A DNA stretch of 64,000 bases, from positions 107,395 to 171,394 of IMG/VR virus record IMGVR_UViG_3300015263_000944. The stretch is one strand, 5' to 3'. Position 1 is the first letter of the stretch. The number at the start of each line of letters is the position of its first letter. Made by a program: the position numbers and the translations under genes. Origin of the DNA: a virus. The notes beneath the pieces are model-generated. The model saw only the letters and a list, made by a program, of their open reading frames with translations. It searched no databases and was not told the DNA's origin. Positions 18,974 to 27,552 of this stretch are shown piece after piece.

Positions 18974-19062
18974 ATTACTGCGGATCGTGAATCGGATACT
19001 ATCCGAAACGACTAAGGCTAATTCCGCAAAGCCCCAACACTTTAGTTCTTGTGTTGTTTCAG

Positions 19063-19133
19063 CAGGAGCGGGAGGACTCGAACCCCCACCAACGGTTTTG
19101 GAGACCGACATGCTACCATTACACCACGCACCT
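19063..19133 (-). tRNA. tRNA-Trp(CCA)
   Basis: Loop CTCCAAA. Confidence 0.7.
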
Positions 19134-19138
19134 GTGTT

Positions 19139-19274
19139 CAACATGTCCACGTCGTGGACATGTTGGTGAAACGTGTCGAAGTTTTTGCATTTTTTCGACA
19201 CGTTTCTGGAACGTGTCGCAATTTTTGCATTTTTGCGACACGTTTTTGTGACATGTCGTTATCGGCGACATGTC
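19139..19274. promoter_or_regulatory. Array of four palindromes sharing half-site AC(A/G)TGTCG
   Basis: Palindromes at 19139-19165, 19168-19206, 19211-19243 and 19250-19274. Confidence 0.5.
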
Positions 19275-19278
19275 AAAG

Positions 19279-19409
19279 TCGGGGAGGTAGGATTCGAACC
19301 TACAATCTTCAGTTCCAAAATACTGATGCTTGTTTGTAAGTTTCGCATGTGGGGGACGCCGAGGCGTCCAAGTTTGAGAAACTGGTGTTAACCATTTAGC
19401 TTCTCCCCG
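19279..19409 (-). tRNA. tRNA-like gene interrupted by ~57-nt conserved hairpin element (copy E); anticodon loop 8 nt (ATTTTGGA)
   Basis: Perfectly pairing acceptor CGGGGAG/CTCCCCG; T-arm GTAGGTTCGAATCCTAC; insert between D-arm and anticodon stem. Confidence 0.45.
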
Positions 19410-19411
19410 AG

Positions 19412-19483
19412 TAGCGACGGCTGGACTCGAACCAGCACTAACCGGCTTATGAAACCAGTGCTTTACCTTTAAGCTACGTCGCC
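19412..19483 (-). tRNA. tRNA-Met(CAT) elongator-type
   Basis: Loop TTCATAA. Confidence 0.7.
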
Positions 19484-19486
19484 ATA

Positions 19487-19777
19487 TCAAACGATGAACT
19501 TCCCTTGCAGGATGAACATCTCAAGCTGGTCGATTTCCTTCTTCGCTTTGACCAGATCTTTCGTTCGCAATCCGTAAGGACAGTCTTCGACGAAGTACGC
19601 CATTGCTGCTGCCTTTGCATCGTGAACCGAATACTGATCGAGCGGATCGACATACCTTTTCGACAAGACAACCATCTGAACTGACCAGATTGCCCGACTC
19701 CGAATTTGCTCTTCGGTGATCGGTTCTTTAGGTTCAGGCGGCTTCCGTCTAAAGAGACGAACCAGCCAGCCAAACAT
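19487..19777 (-). CDS. Hypothetical protein
   Basis: 96 aa. Confidence 0.4.
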   Translation of the reverse strand: MFGWLVRLFRRKPPEPKEPITEEQIRSRAIWSVQMVVLSKRYVDPLDQYSVHDAKAAAMAYFVEDCPYGLRTKDLVKAKKEIDQLEMFILQGKFIV

Positions 19778-19827
19778 TTTGCCTCCGAGGACTTGCTATA
19801 CACATAGCTACTCCTCATAAGGCAAGG

Positions 19828-19901
19828 TCGGGAAGACAGGATTCGAACCTGCGACCCCCTGCTCCCAAAGCAGGTGCTCTACCAAGCTGAGCTACTTCCC
19901 G
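19828..19901 (-). tRNA. tRNA-Pro(TGG)
   Basis: Loop TTTGGGA. Confidence 0.8.
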
Positions 19902-20007
19902 ATTGTAACCATCCAAGTCGATGCAGCAGGTGTCCCCTGCGCCCATGGCAGGGGACAAACAAATCCGAAGTTTTGTTTGTAAGCTCCATCAGTAGGAGAT
20001 GGTCAAG

Positions 20008-20079
20008 TCCTCCCGGCTGGAATCGAACCAGCGTGTACGGTTCCACAAACCGCCGCTCTCGCCACTGAGCTACAGAAGG
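20008..20079 (-). tRNA. tRNA-His(GTG), no encoded G-1
   Basis: Loop TTGTGGA; a copy of the conserved element plus a GC hairpin lies in the 3' trailer. Confidence 0.6.
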
Positions 20080-20087
20080 ATAAAAAG

Positions 20088-20211
20088 TGGAGGTGGTGGG
20101 ATTCGAACCCACATTGCTTTCGCCAAAAGAAAGTTTTTTACCGTTTGTATGTTCCGCAGTTGGGGGATGGCGAACCATCCAAGTTTGAGAAACAGTGTTT
20201 TTTACACCCCC
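20088..20211 (-). tRNA. tRNA-like gene interrupted by conserved element (copy F); anticodon arm CTTTC TTTTGGC GAAAG
   Basis: Acceptor GGGGGTG/CACCTCC; degenerate D-arm. Confidence 0.4.
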
Positions 20212-20237
20212 GGTTGTTGAATGACACGAACCATAAA

Positions 20238-20258
20238 GAATGGTTCGCAGCATTCGAG
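20238..20258. other. Perfect 8-bp hairpin CGAACCAT-AAAG-AATGGTTCG next to tRNA-Pro
   Basis: Seen directly; possible processing or terminator hairpin. Confidence 0.4.
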
Positions 20259-20332
20259 TCAGGATGAAAGGATTTGAACCTTCGACCTTCTGGCCCCCAG
20301 CCAGACGCTCTCCCAAACTGAGCTACATCCTG
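20259..20332 (-). tRNA. tRNA-Pro(GGG)
   Basis: Loop CTGGGGG. Confidence 0.75.
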
Positions 20333-20519
20333 TTGTGATTGTGCTGGTGCATACAGCCAAGCGGGCTTCAAGGTTAGATCAGGGCAATGTTACATGCCAC
20401 ACCCTCTGGACCACACAATCATTGAACGATTTTCTCGCCCACCAGATATCACACCGAGCCGAATAGGCGTTGCTCATGACGGCTTGTTGGCCGTAACAGA
20501 TTTCTCTGTTGTGTGAAAG

Positions 20520-20664
20520 AGCCCCCGACTGGATTCGAACCAGTAACCTCTCGCTTAGAAGGCGAAATTGTTTGTAAGCTTCACATGTAGGGGACAAGCC
20601 GAAGCCCGTCCAAGTTTGTCAAGCGATTTAACAGTAGTGCTCTAGCCAATTGAGCTACAGGGGC
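20520..20664 (-). tRNA. tRNA-Arg(TCT) interrupted by ~71-nt conserved element (copy A) between D-arm and anticodon stem
   Basis: 5' exon GCCCCTGTAGCTCAATTGGCTAGAGCA. 3' part TTCGC CTTCTAA GCGAG plus T-arm plus CGGGGGC. Confidence 0.5.
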
Positions 20665-20700
20665 CTGTTGTTTTGCCCGTTTTCAAACGGAGCCGAAAAG

Positions 20701-20841
20701 AGCCCTCGACCGGATTCGAACCGATACTACCCCCTTGGAATGGGATTGTTTGTAAGCTTCACATGTAGGGGACAAGCCGAAGCCCGTCCAAGTTTGCCAA
20801 GCGAGTAAACGTAAGGTGTGCTACCATTGCACTACGAGGGC
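20701..20841 (-). tRNA. tRNA-Gly(TCC) interrupted by ~70-nt conserved element (copy B)
   Basis: Acceptor GCCCTCG/CGAGGGC; anticodon arm ATCCC ATTCCAA GGGGG. Confidence 0.5.
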
Positions 20842-20866
20842 AACTCGTAAGTCCCCGAAGGGACAG

Positions 20867-20937
20867 TGACCCGTGAGAGAATCGAACTCTCGTTCTCTGT
20901 CTGAAAAACAGTAATCCTACCACTAGACGAACGGGCC
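20867..20937 (-). tRNA. tRNA-Glu(TTC)
   Basis: Loop TTTTCAG. Confidence 0.7.
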
Positions 20938-21025
20938 GTAAAACTGAGATCGCAGAGTTTCAGTCAACGATCTCGGGACTCCTTGTACACATGGTACATG
21001 AGCTAATTGCCCCGCAAGGGGCGAG

Positions 21026-21098
21026 GGTGCCAGACCAGAATCGAACAGGCTCTTCCTCGGTCACAGCGAGGCGTGCATAACCATTACACTTCCGGCAC
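21026..21098 (-). tRNA. tRNA-His(GTG) with encoded G-1/C73
   Basis: Loop CTGTGAC; extra 5' G. Confidence 0.7.
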
Positions 21099-21106
21099 CA
21101 TATAAG

Positions 21107-21181
21107 GGTGTGCGAAGGGAATTGAACCCTCACCTTCAGCTTCACAAACTGACGTGCAGAAACCACTACACTACGCACACC
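21107..21181 (-). tRNA. tRNA-His(GTG) with encoded G-1/C73
   Basis: Loop TTGTGAA. Confidence 0.7.
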
Positions 21182-21188
21182 ATCTCGT

Positions 21189-21246
21189 AGTTTCACTGAA
21201 ACTGGCAGTTTCACTACGGAGTGAAACACCATGTTTCAGTGAAACA
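21189..21246. promoter_or_regulatory. Three palindromes with half-site GTTTCA(C)
   Basis: Palindromes at 21189-21203, 21208-21227 and 21232-21246. Confidence 0.45.
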
Positions 21247-21252
21247 TTGGAG

Positions 21253-21323
21253 TGACCCCACGGAGATTCGAACTCCGGTCTTCTGCCTGAGAAGCAGATG
21301 TCCTCCCACTAGACGATGGGGCC
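21253..21323 (-). tRNA. tRNA-Glu(CTC)
   Basis: Loop TTCTCAG. Confidence 0.7.
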
Positions 21324-21443
21324 AGTTGGCGATTCAATTGTCAAGGATCAAATTTCGGAGTGCATCCCACCCAAGTTCCTCACTCCCCGGCATTAGGCAC
21401 ATAGTCCCTCACCGGATACCAATCCAAATTTTGGACTGGCAAG

Positions 21444-21514
21444 AGCGACCGAAGGGAATCGAACCCTCGTCACCTGCATGGCAAGCAGGCGCATTACCAC
21501 TATGCTACGGTCGC
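21444..21514 (-). tRNA. tRNA-Gly(GCC)
   Basis: Loop TTGCCAT. Confidence 0.75.
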
Positions 21515-21521
21515 ATTTCAG

Positions 21522-21593
21522 TGACCCCACGGAGAGTCGAACTCCGGTTCTCAGATCGAAAATCTGATGTCCTAACCACTAGACGATGGGGCC
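21522..21593 (-). tRNA. tRNA-Glu(TTC)
   Basis: Loop TTTTCGA. Confidence 0.75.
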
Positions 21594-21644
21594 GTCTTTT
21601 CTTTCTCTCTTTCGTTTGGCCTTTCCTAGCGGGTGTTAGTCCAC

Positions 21645-21694
21645 AAAAAAAAGGCTCGCTCAGGCGAATTTCTCCACCTGAGCGAGCCTTTTAT
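21645..21694. terminator. Bidirectional rho-independent terminator
   Basis: A8, then GGCTCGCTCAGG...CCTGAGCGAGCC, then TTTTAT. Confidence 0.7.
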
Positions 21695-21980
21695 GGATTT
21701 GAGCGGCTCTTGAACTCAGGTGGCTTTGGGCCGTCCTGAGTTCTTGTGTGAACCAATCAGAACGGCGTGAGGGTTGGCATACCCTCGGCGGCTGCTGGAT
21801 TATCATGTCCTTGACGGACTACGATAATGGCGCAGCACGGGCATGTGGTCTGTTCGACCTTATGCCATCTACGTTCTGTGGTTCGTTTGCTCAACATTGT
21901 TTCTTGTCCTTAGTCCTTTGAGGTTCGAGGCTTTCGCAAATCCCCCCGGATCGCAAATGCCAAAAACCCTCATTCGGAAG

Positions 21981-22053
21981 TGGCAGGTGAAGGATTCGAA
22001 CCTCCGTCCTCCGGGTTATGAGCCCGACGAGCTAACCACTGCTCCAACCTGCG
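21981..22053 (-). tRNA. Initiator-like tRNA-Met(CAT)
   Basis: Loop CTCATAA; three G-C pairs at the base of the anticodon stem; unpaired 1-72. Confidence 0.65.
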
Positions 22054-22335
22054 TCATTATTAGCGTGTCTTTTATATAGACGCCGCAATTCAATTTTGGT
22101 TCACGGTTTTCGGGATTTTCCAAAAACTTTTTCGAGGGCCGGTTTTCCCGGCTGCACCCAATAGACCCGCCGTCGTTCGGAAAGGTTCGGGGCAATCTCG
22201 AAAAATTTCGGAAATGGGTCTCGCCGCATATGCAGGTCTGTTGCCTCGCCTGCACCCGTGAGCGTCCTGACCCTTCCTTCACGGTTGGAGTCCCGATCAT
22301 CGAGGAGGGAATCTTATCTCGTCCTCAAAATCCCG

Positions 22336-22620
22336 TCAACCCCTTTCTGAAGAAATTTTTGTCCCGAAGTAAGTTCCCGCAAAACCGCCGATCAAATAGG
22401 CGAGGATGTGCGGCAATGACTTCTCTACGACCGACAAGGTGAGCGTGAACCAGAAGACTGTGAACAACAATGACCAGTTCGCAGCCGTCAAAGCCCGTCG
22501 CTCGGCAATCGCCAACGTGTATCTGGCATAGATGAAGTCATTGGCAATGCCAATCACAGCCATCAGACAAACCGAGATCACGAAGTGCTCTCTTGCTAAA
22601 TTCGCCAATGCGTCAATCAT
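22336..22620 (-). CDS. Membrane protein, hypothetical
   Basis: Three TM segments. Confidence 0.4.
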   Translation of the reverse strand: MIDALANLAREHFVISVCLMAVIGIANDFIYARYTLAIAERRALTAANWSLLFTVFWFTLTLSVVEKSLPHILAYLIGGFAGTYFGTKISSERG

Positions 22621-22685
22621 CAGTGAACTCTACAAGAATACGACATTTGCGTCAAACTCTCTCCACAAACCATAGATAAAGGAGT

Positions 22686-25568
22686 ATGTCTACCACAGTC
22701 ACCCAATGGGTTTTATCCGCTGATTCTCTCGCTATCCCAGCAGTCAACTATGTTGGATGGACAGATACAACAAATGCGGACGGCTCCCCAGATACGTTTT
22801 ATGCCGTCGCCGATCTAACAGATGCGGAAGGCTGGCCTGTTGCCCAGCCAGACATCACCAAATACCTCTTTGCAAAATTCAACTTTTCAATTCCAACCAC
22901 AGCGACAATCCTTGGTCTGGAAGTCAAAGTTGTAAGAAAGGCAATCGGGAACATTGCAGATGCGGGTGTCTACCTCGGCTTCGCAGACAATACATCTGAG
23001 AATCTTTCGGCCCCAAAATCAAACTCAGGCGATTGGTCAACCACAGACCAGACATCCACATATGGAAGCTCTTCGGATCTGTGGTCTGAATCGTGGACAC
23101 CGGCCATCATCAATGATGCAGACTTTGGTGTTGCCTTGCGTGCTCGTCAATCTGTGTCCCCCGGATTCAATCTGGCATACATTGACGCCATCAAGCTTTC
23201 TGTCACATATCAGAACATCTATTCCGAGACTGGCTCTGGCGGTGTGGCATGTGGCGGATCGGCCACTGTTCAGTTCACAGATTACATTGATGCAACCGGT
23301 GGTGTGGCTGTCGGCGGACACGCACCGTACAACGATTTCGTCGATACAACCGGTGGTGTTGTCGCCGCTGGTTCCGCAGATGTGGTCTCATTCTTTGGGC
23401 CAACTGGTGGCGTGGTCGTCGCTGGTGATCCGGCCTATGGTGTGATCCGACGAGTCTACGAATGGAATGTTCCGCTTTCGCCCGACCAAGAAGTCACTCC
23501 GAATGATTCGACAGCCAGCGGTTTCGCCAGCATCGACGTGATCAACAACGTCCTGTATTGGAGAATCACATATGAGGGATTATCTAGCGGATTCACTGGA
23601 GCACACTTCTACCATGGAGATGCAGGTGTTAATGGAAGTTTCCAAATAGCCATTCCTCCCAATTCCCTCGACGGCACAATGTCGCCGATGGTTGGAAAAG
23701 CTTCGATCACAGGCACGCAGGCCACACAAATTCGAAACGGCGAATGGTACATCAACATCTTCACCACGTCGAATCCGATGCCGAACGGAGAAATCCGTGG
23801 GCAAATCTGGAACATCGGTGCGGCGGCTGGTGGCGTGGCTGATCTCACATTCATCGATCAAATTGATGGAACCGGTGGTGTTGTCGCTGGTGGTACTGCC
23901 CATGCGGAGCACGGCTTATTTGGCACTGGAGGCGTCACCTGTGCAGGCACAGCAGATGTCACGGTCAACTACAACATTGGTGGCGACGGTGGCATCGTTG
24001 GCTCTGGCTTCTCATTCGTTGATCCGTACATCGCTACTGGTGGTGTGGAAGCTGGTGGTTCTGCAACACAAACAACCTACTGGTCCGATGCCGCAGAAGG
24101 CGGCGGCGTTGTCGTTGGTGGCGAAGCTCTCATCCCTTGGGATTTCACTCCCAGCGGTGGTGCGGTTGCTTGGGGCGCAGCAACAGTTCAACGTGTCTTC
24201 ACCATCCCAGAATGGAGCGTTGATCTTGACACAGATCAAGTTGTTGGTGGCTCTGATTCAACTGCGACAGCCCATGCTGACTTTTGGTATGACCCCATCG
24301 AAAGTCGTCTCTCTTGGAAAGTCACCTACAGTGGTTTCGATGGTCCTGTCACTGTTGCCAGATTGAGAGTAGGAGCCCCCGGCCAGAACGGTCATGTGGC
24401 CGTCGAAATGTTCGACTACTCAGACGGAACGGCCAGTGGTTTTACCGGCATGGTTCAAGTCACAGATGACGAAGATCAATTGCGAGCAGGCAATTGGTAT
24501 CTGATGCTTGGCACCTCAACCGACAAGATAAGAAGTCAACTGTGGCACTTCGGCGTCCAGATTGGCGGCGAAGCTGTCGTCGAACCCTACTACGAAATTC
24601 CAAATGGCGGCGTCGTTGTCGGCGGTGAAGCACTCGTAGATCCAATCTGGGCTGAAGGCGGGGCCGTCACTGGTGGTACAGCGGGTGTTACAAGCCGAGA
24701 AACTCGCTCTGCCAAGGGTGGTGTCGTCGTTGGCGGCATCGCACTCAAGGTCGCAAATCTGGACACCACAGGTGGTGTAGTTGTCGGCGGCGATTCGATA
24801 GACTCACAGGTCGAGGCCAACATTGATGGACTTGGCGGCATCAAGGCCGGTGGCAAAGCCATTCCGGGCATCTCCTCTCCGGTCACAGGCGGCGTAGTCG
24901 TCGGCGGGGCCGCTGAAATCGAATTCATCTACAACCACTCAGTCACAGGTGGGGTAGTCGTCGATGGTTCTCCCAGCATTGCCTTTACATACAACCTTCA
25001 GACGAGTGGCGGGGTTGTCATCGCTGGCAACTCAATCATCGCCATCCACATTGTTGCAAGAGGCGGAATTGTTGTCGCTGGTGATCCGGGATTCGCATAC
25101 ACATCCAACCCAGTTCATTCGGGAGGTGCGGTTGTTGGCGGGGTCGCACGACAGACCTTCTTCGATTATGTTGATGGAACTGGCGGCATGGTCACTGGTG
25201 GTCGTGCCCGCCAAGAGAAGATCAAGTTCTTCCAGAAGTTCAAGCAAGGCTACTGCCGAGCAATGGCAAGTGAAAACATCTGCACCGTGGTTCTCGATAC
25301 AAGCGAGCAACTCATCATCCCACATGATGAGGTTTCACCGGATCTCGATCCAAATCGATTCCGTATCGAGCATGTGCCGACATGGTGCGATGTCAATGAG
25401 AAGCTGCAACCTTACAACAAGGTGGTTCCAGACAGAGATTGCGATGCCGCCTTGGCAGAAGTGATTGTGAAACGCCAAAACGGCATCGTCCCGAAAAAGG
25501 TGAGACCTTCTATCGTCCGAGAACGGCAAATAGCCGCCGCAGGAAACGAAGTCGCCGAAGCCCTTTAA
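22686..25568 (+). CDS. Giant Gly/Val-rich repeat protein with CHRD-like domains (fiber/adhesin-like)
   Basis: AAAGGAG RBS. Roughly 40 TGGVxVGG repeats, two CHRD-like AHFYHGDAGVNG segments, and stretches near-identical to the protein at 60501..64000. Confidence 0.7.
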   Translation: MSTTVTQWVLSADSLAIPAVNYVGWTDTTNADGSPDTFYAVADLTDAEGWPVAQPDITKYLFAKFNFSIPTTATILGLEVKVVRKAIGNIADAGVYLGFADNTSENLSAPKSNSGDWSTTDQTSTYGSSSDLWSESWTPAIINDADFGVALRARQSVSPGFNLAYIDAIKLSVTYQNIYSETGSGGVACGGSATVQFTDYIDATGGVAVGGHAPYNDFVDTTGGVVAAGSADVVSFFGPTGGVVVAGDPAYGVIRRVYEWNVPLSPDQEVTPNDSTASGFASIDVINNVLYWRITYEGLSSGFTGAHFYHGDAGVNGSFQIAIPPNSLDGTMSPMVGKASITGTQATQIRNGEWYINIFTTSNPMPNGEIRGQIWNIGAAAGGVADLTFIDQIDGTGGVVAGGTAHAEHGLFGTGGVTCAGTADVTVNYNIGGDGGIVGSGFSFVDPYIATGGVEAGGSATQTTYWSDAAEGGGVVVGGEALIPWDFTPSGGAVAWGAATVQRVFTIPEWSVDLDTDQVVGGSDSTATAHADFWYDPIESRLSWKVTYSGFDGPVTVARLRVGAPGQNGHVAVEMFDYSDGTASGFTGMVQVTDDEDQLRAGNWYLMLGTSTDKIRSQLWHFGVQIGGEAVVEPYYEIPNGGVVVGGEALVDPIWAEGGAVTGGTAGVTSRETRSAKGGVVVGGIALKVANLDTTGGVVVGGDSIDSQVEANIDGLGGIKAGGKAIPGISSPVTGGVVVGGAAEIEFIYNHSVTGGVVVDGSPSIAFTYNLQTSGGVVIAGNSIIAIHIVARGGIVVAGDPGFAYTSNPVHSGGAVVGGVARQTFFDYVDGTGGMVTGGRARQEKIKFFQKFKQGYCRAMASENICTVVLDTSEQLIIPHDEVSPDLDPNRFRIEHVPTWCDVNEKLQPYNKVVPDRDCDAALAEVIVKRQNGIVPKKVRPSIVRERQIAAAGNEVAEAL

Positions 25569-25878
25569 CACCAGCTTCCTTGACGAATTCCAGATTCATT
25601 CCGCCTTCGAGCACGAAGTCGTCGCCGACTTCTTTCCCGCTGATCAATGCGGAAGCATCGCCGGGGATGTTAAAGGCGTCTCGGAGAGATTTGCGGACCT
25701 GCCCCACTGATTTGCCTTCAAGATCGTAATACTCTTGGTTGGCTCCATGAACCACACGGACCTTATTCATCGCTTTCGATGATCGAGAGAGCGTGTCGTC
25801 AATGTCTGGGGCTCGATAGGTGTCGCCGCCAGTTGCCCTGCTTCCTACATCGGAAGAGTCCATTCGTTCCTGTCCCAT
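25510..25878 (-). CDS. Ubiquitin-like beta-grasp protein (ThiS/MoaD-like) with C-terminal tail
   Basis: AGGAGG RBS. ...ALISGKEVGDDFVLEGG.NLEFV..G.KG resembles the ThiS/MoaD C-terminus. Last gene of the E2-E2-JAB-E1 operon. Confidence 0.5.
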   Translation of the reverse strand: MGQERMDSSDVGSRATGGDTYRAPDIDDTLSRSSKAMNKVRVVHGANQEYYDLEGKSVGQVRKSLRDAFNIPGDASALISGKEVGDDFVLEGGMNLEFVKEAGVKGLRRLRFLRRLFAVLGR

Positions 25879-25888
25879 TGCTTCCTCC

Positions 25889-26584
25889 TTAGAAACGGTC
25901 TGGCGCAGGTCGCATCCGCTGCGTCAGTATGTCAACATAAACTTGCTCGAAGTTCACCTTGTCTTGCTCATAGGCGTAGTAGCAGTTGCACATCGCACTT
26001 GCTATCGCCAGATTGGTGAAGAGCAATTGAGGGTTTGCGTGAGCTTCCTGCTCACATCCCTGTCGCTCCACATCCGTCAGATCGCCGGGGTTTTTGTCTT
26101 CCGGCTGTGCGATCTTGGGATGCAAAGCTGTAGGTGGCTTCGTCACGTCCTTCCCATCCTTGCGGATATAGACGATGACGTTGCCATCGATGTAATCGTT
26201 TCCCCCACTGATCAGAGTCACATTGTCCAATTCTTCACAGCGGTCGGAAACCAATTTGCGTGTGGCATGGTTGTCCACACACAAAAACACGACATCTTCG
26301 TTTCTGATGGAAGTGATAATGTTGTCTTCGGTCAGGTACTCGCCCTTTGCTCGCAGGTGGATCTTTGGGAATTCCCCTTTGAGTGTATTGACGGTGTGTT
26401 GGGCCTTGTTCTCGCATTCTGTGAATCGTTGTCGTTCTCGGTTGCGTTCCTCAAAACGATCACCATCGAAAACAGTCATCTCAACAAAATCGTCGGAATG
26501 GCTCAGGTATCGGCACAACGGTTCAAGAAGATGTCCCCCAATACCGCCAGCACCGATCACTTTGATCTTTCGTGTCTTTTTCAT
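25889..26584 (-). CDS. E1-like ThiF/MoeB-family adenylyltransferase
   Basis: KIKVIGAGGIGG Rossmann motif; DGD..E..N..RQ; VVFLCVDN. Confidence 0.8.
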   Translation of the reverse strand: MKKTRKIKVIGAGGIGGHLLEPLCRYLSHSDDFVEMTVFDGDRFEERNRERQRFTECENKAQHTVNTLKGEFPKIHLRAKGEYLTEDNIITSIRNEDVVFLCVDNHATRKLVSDRCEELDNVTLISGGNDYIDGNVIVYIRKDGKDVTKPPTALHPKIAQPEDKNPGDLTDVERQGCEQEAHANPQLLFTNLAIASAMCNCYYAYEQDKVNFEQVYVDILTQRMRPAPDRF

Positions 26585-27546
26585 TCTGTGTGTCTCCTGA
26601 AGAGCTTCTGATCAAATTCGGCCAATCCAACATTTGTAATGACGGTGATTTTGCCCTGTCGCACACTGACGACTTCAAAAGGCCCATCACCACAAACCGT
26701 GCGGAAAGACACAAGTTTCAAGTCGCCTGCCCATGCCACTTGGTCGCCAGCTTGTAAGCCACGCTCTTCTTTCTTGGACGACCATCCCCAAAAAGAAGGA
26801 GTTCCGCTTCCAGTGACTTGCGACATCCATTCATCCAAGTCTGCGGCCCACTCGGCTTTTTCTTCTTCGGAAACACCAATGATGGCGTATTCCGAATCTC
26901 CCTTTCTCAACTCGATTCCTTCCAGAACATCTGCTGGATCAACTTGATTGCGTATGCCATTCACAACCACAGATGCACTGATCGTGAAGACCTCTTTGTT
27001 GTTGTGTCCGAAAGTGCAATGAAGTCCGTCGAAATCTTCTTCGTCATGAACGTCAGTACCAGAATGAAACGCCCCGAAGTCACAGTGAGAATGAATCGTC
27101 CCTACACGCAAATAGTCTTCCATGCCCTCGACGTGACTCAACCCACAACGCTCATAGTTGACGCCGCCGTGAGTTACTCTTTGCTGAGGAATGTGGATCT
27201 TGAAAGACTCATCCGATTTTCGGTAGTAGAGCGTGGTGGCTGCCTCAGCGTGATGCTTCTCGACAACACGTCGAAAGAACTCTTTGATTCGCCAGACGAG
27301 TCGAAGCGGAAGCTTGGGCAGTGAACACTCCACATACACATCAGCTTCCAGATCTTCAAGAACACTGATGTTCTCAACAGGAACAAAGGCTTTGACGATG
27401 CCTGTATCCTTATGGAGCCACATACCGTTCCCGGCGACGAGGTAGTAAGTGCCCTGCTTGGGCAACTCCATGCCGGGTTCATAGATGTGAATTGGAAAGC
27501 CGGGATTGAAAGCGTCTGTCATCTGAACTTCCTTGTTCAATCTCAA
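26581..27546 (-). CDS. JAB/MPN+ (JAMM) metalloisopeptidase
   Basis: HSHCDFGAFHSGTD JAMM motif. Confidence 0.8.
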   Translation of the reverse strand: MRLNKEVQMTDAFNPGFPIHIYEPGMELPKQGTYYLVAGNGMWLHKDTGIVKAFVPVENISVLEDLEADVYVECSLPKLPLRLVWRIKEFFRRVVEKHHAEAATTLYYRKSDESFKIHIPQQRVTHGGVNYERCGLSHVEGMEDYLRVGTIHSHCDFGAFHSGTDVHDEEDFDGLHCTFGHNNKEVFTISASVVVNGIRNQVDPADVLEGIELRKGDSEYAIIGVSEEEKAEWAADLDEWMSQVTGSGTPSFWGWSSKKEERGLQAGDQVAWAGDLKLVSFRTVCGDGPFEVVSVRQGKITVITNVGLAEFDQKLFRRHTE

Positions 27547-27552
27547 AGTAAA

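Noticed and set aside
19049-19490. ORFs 19049..19339 (+), 19051..19251 (+), 19119..19490 (-) and CRISPR-like appearance of the 19139-19274 palindromes
   Set aside because: The region is occupied by tRNA genes and palindromes. The repeats are inverted palindromes of different sequence, not direct repeats with unique spacers, so this is not a CRISPR array.
20520-20841. Group I intron interpretation of the tRNA inserts
   Set aside because: The inserts are only 55-70 nt, far too short for a group I catalytic core. They lie at position 26/27 rather than in the anticodon loop.
25820-26611. 263-aa plus-strand ORF
   Set aside because: It is antisense to the E1-like gene, which has the motifs.
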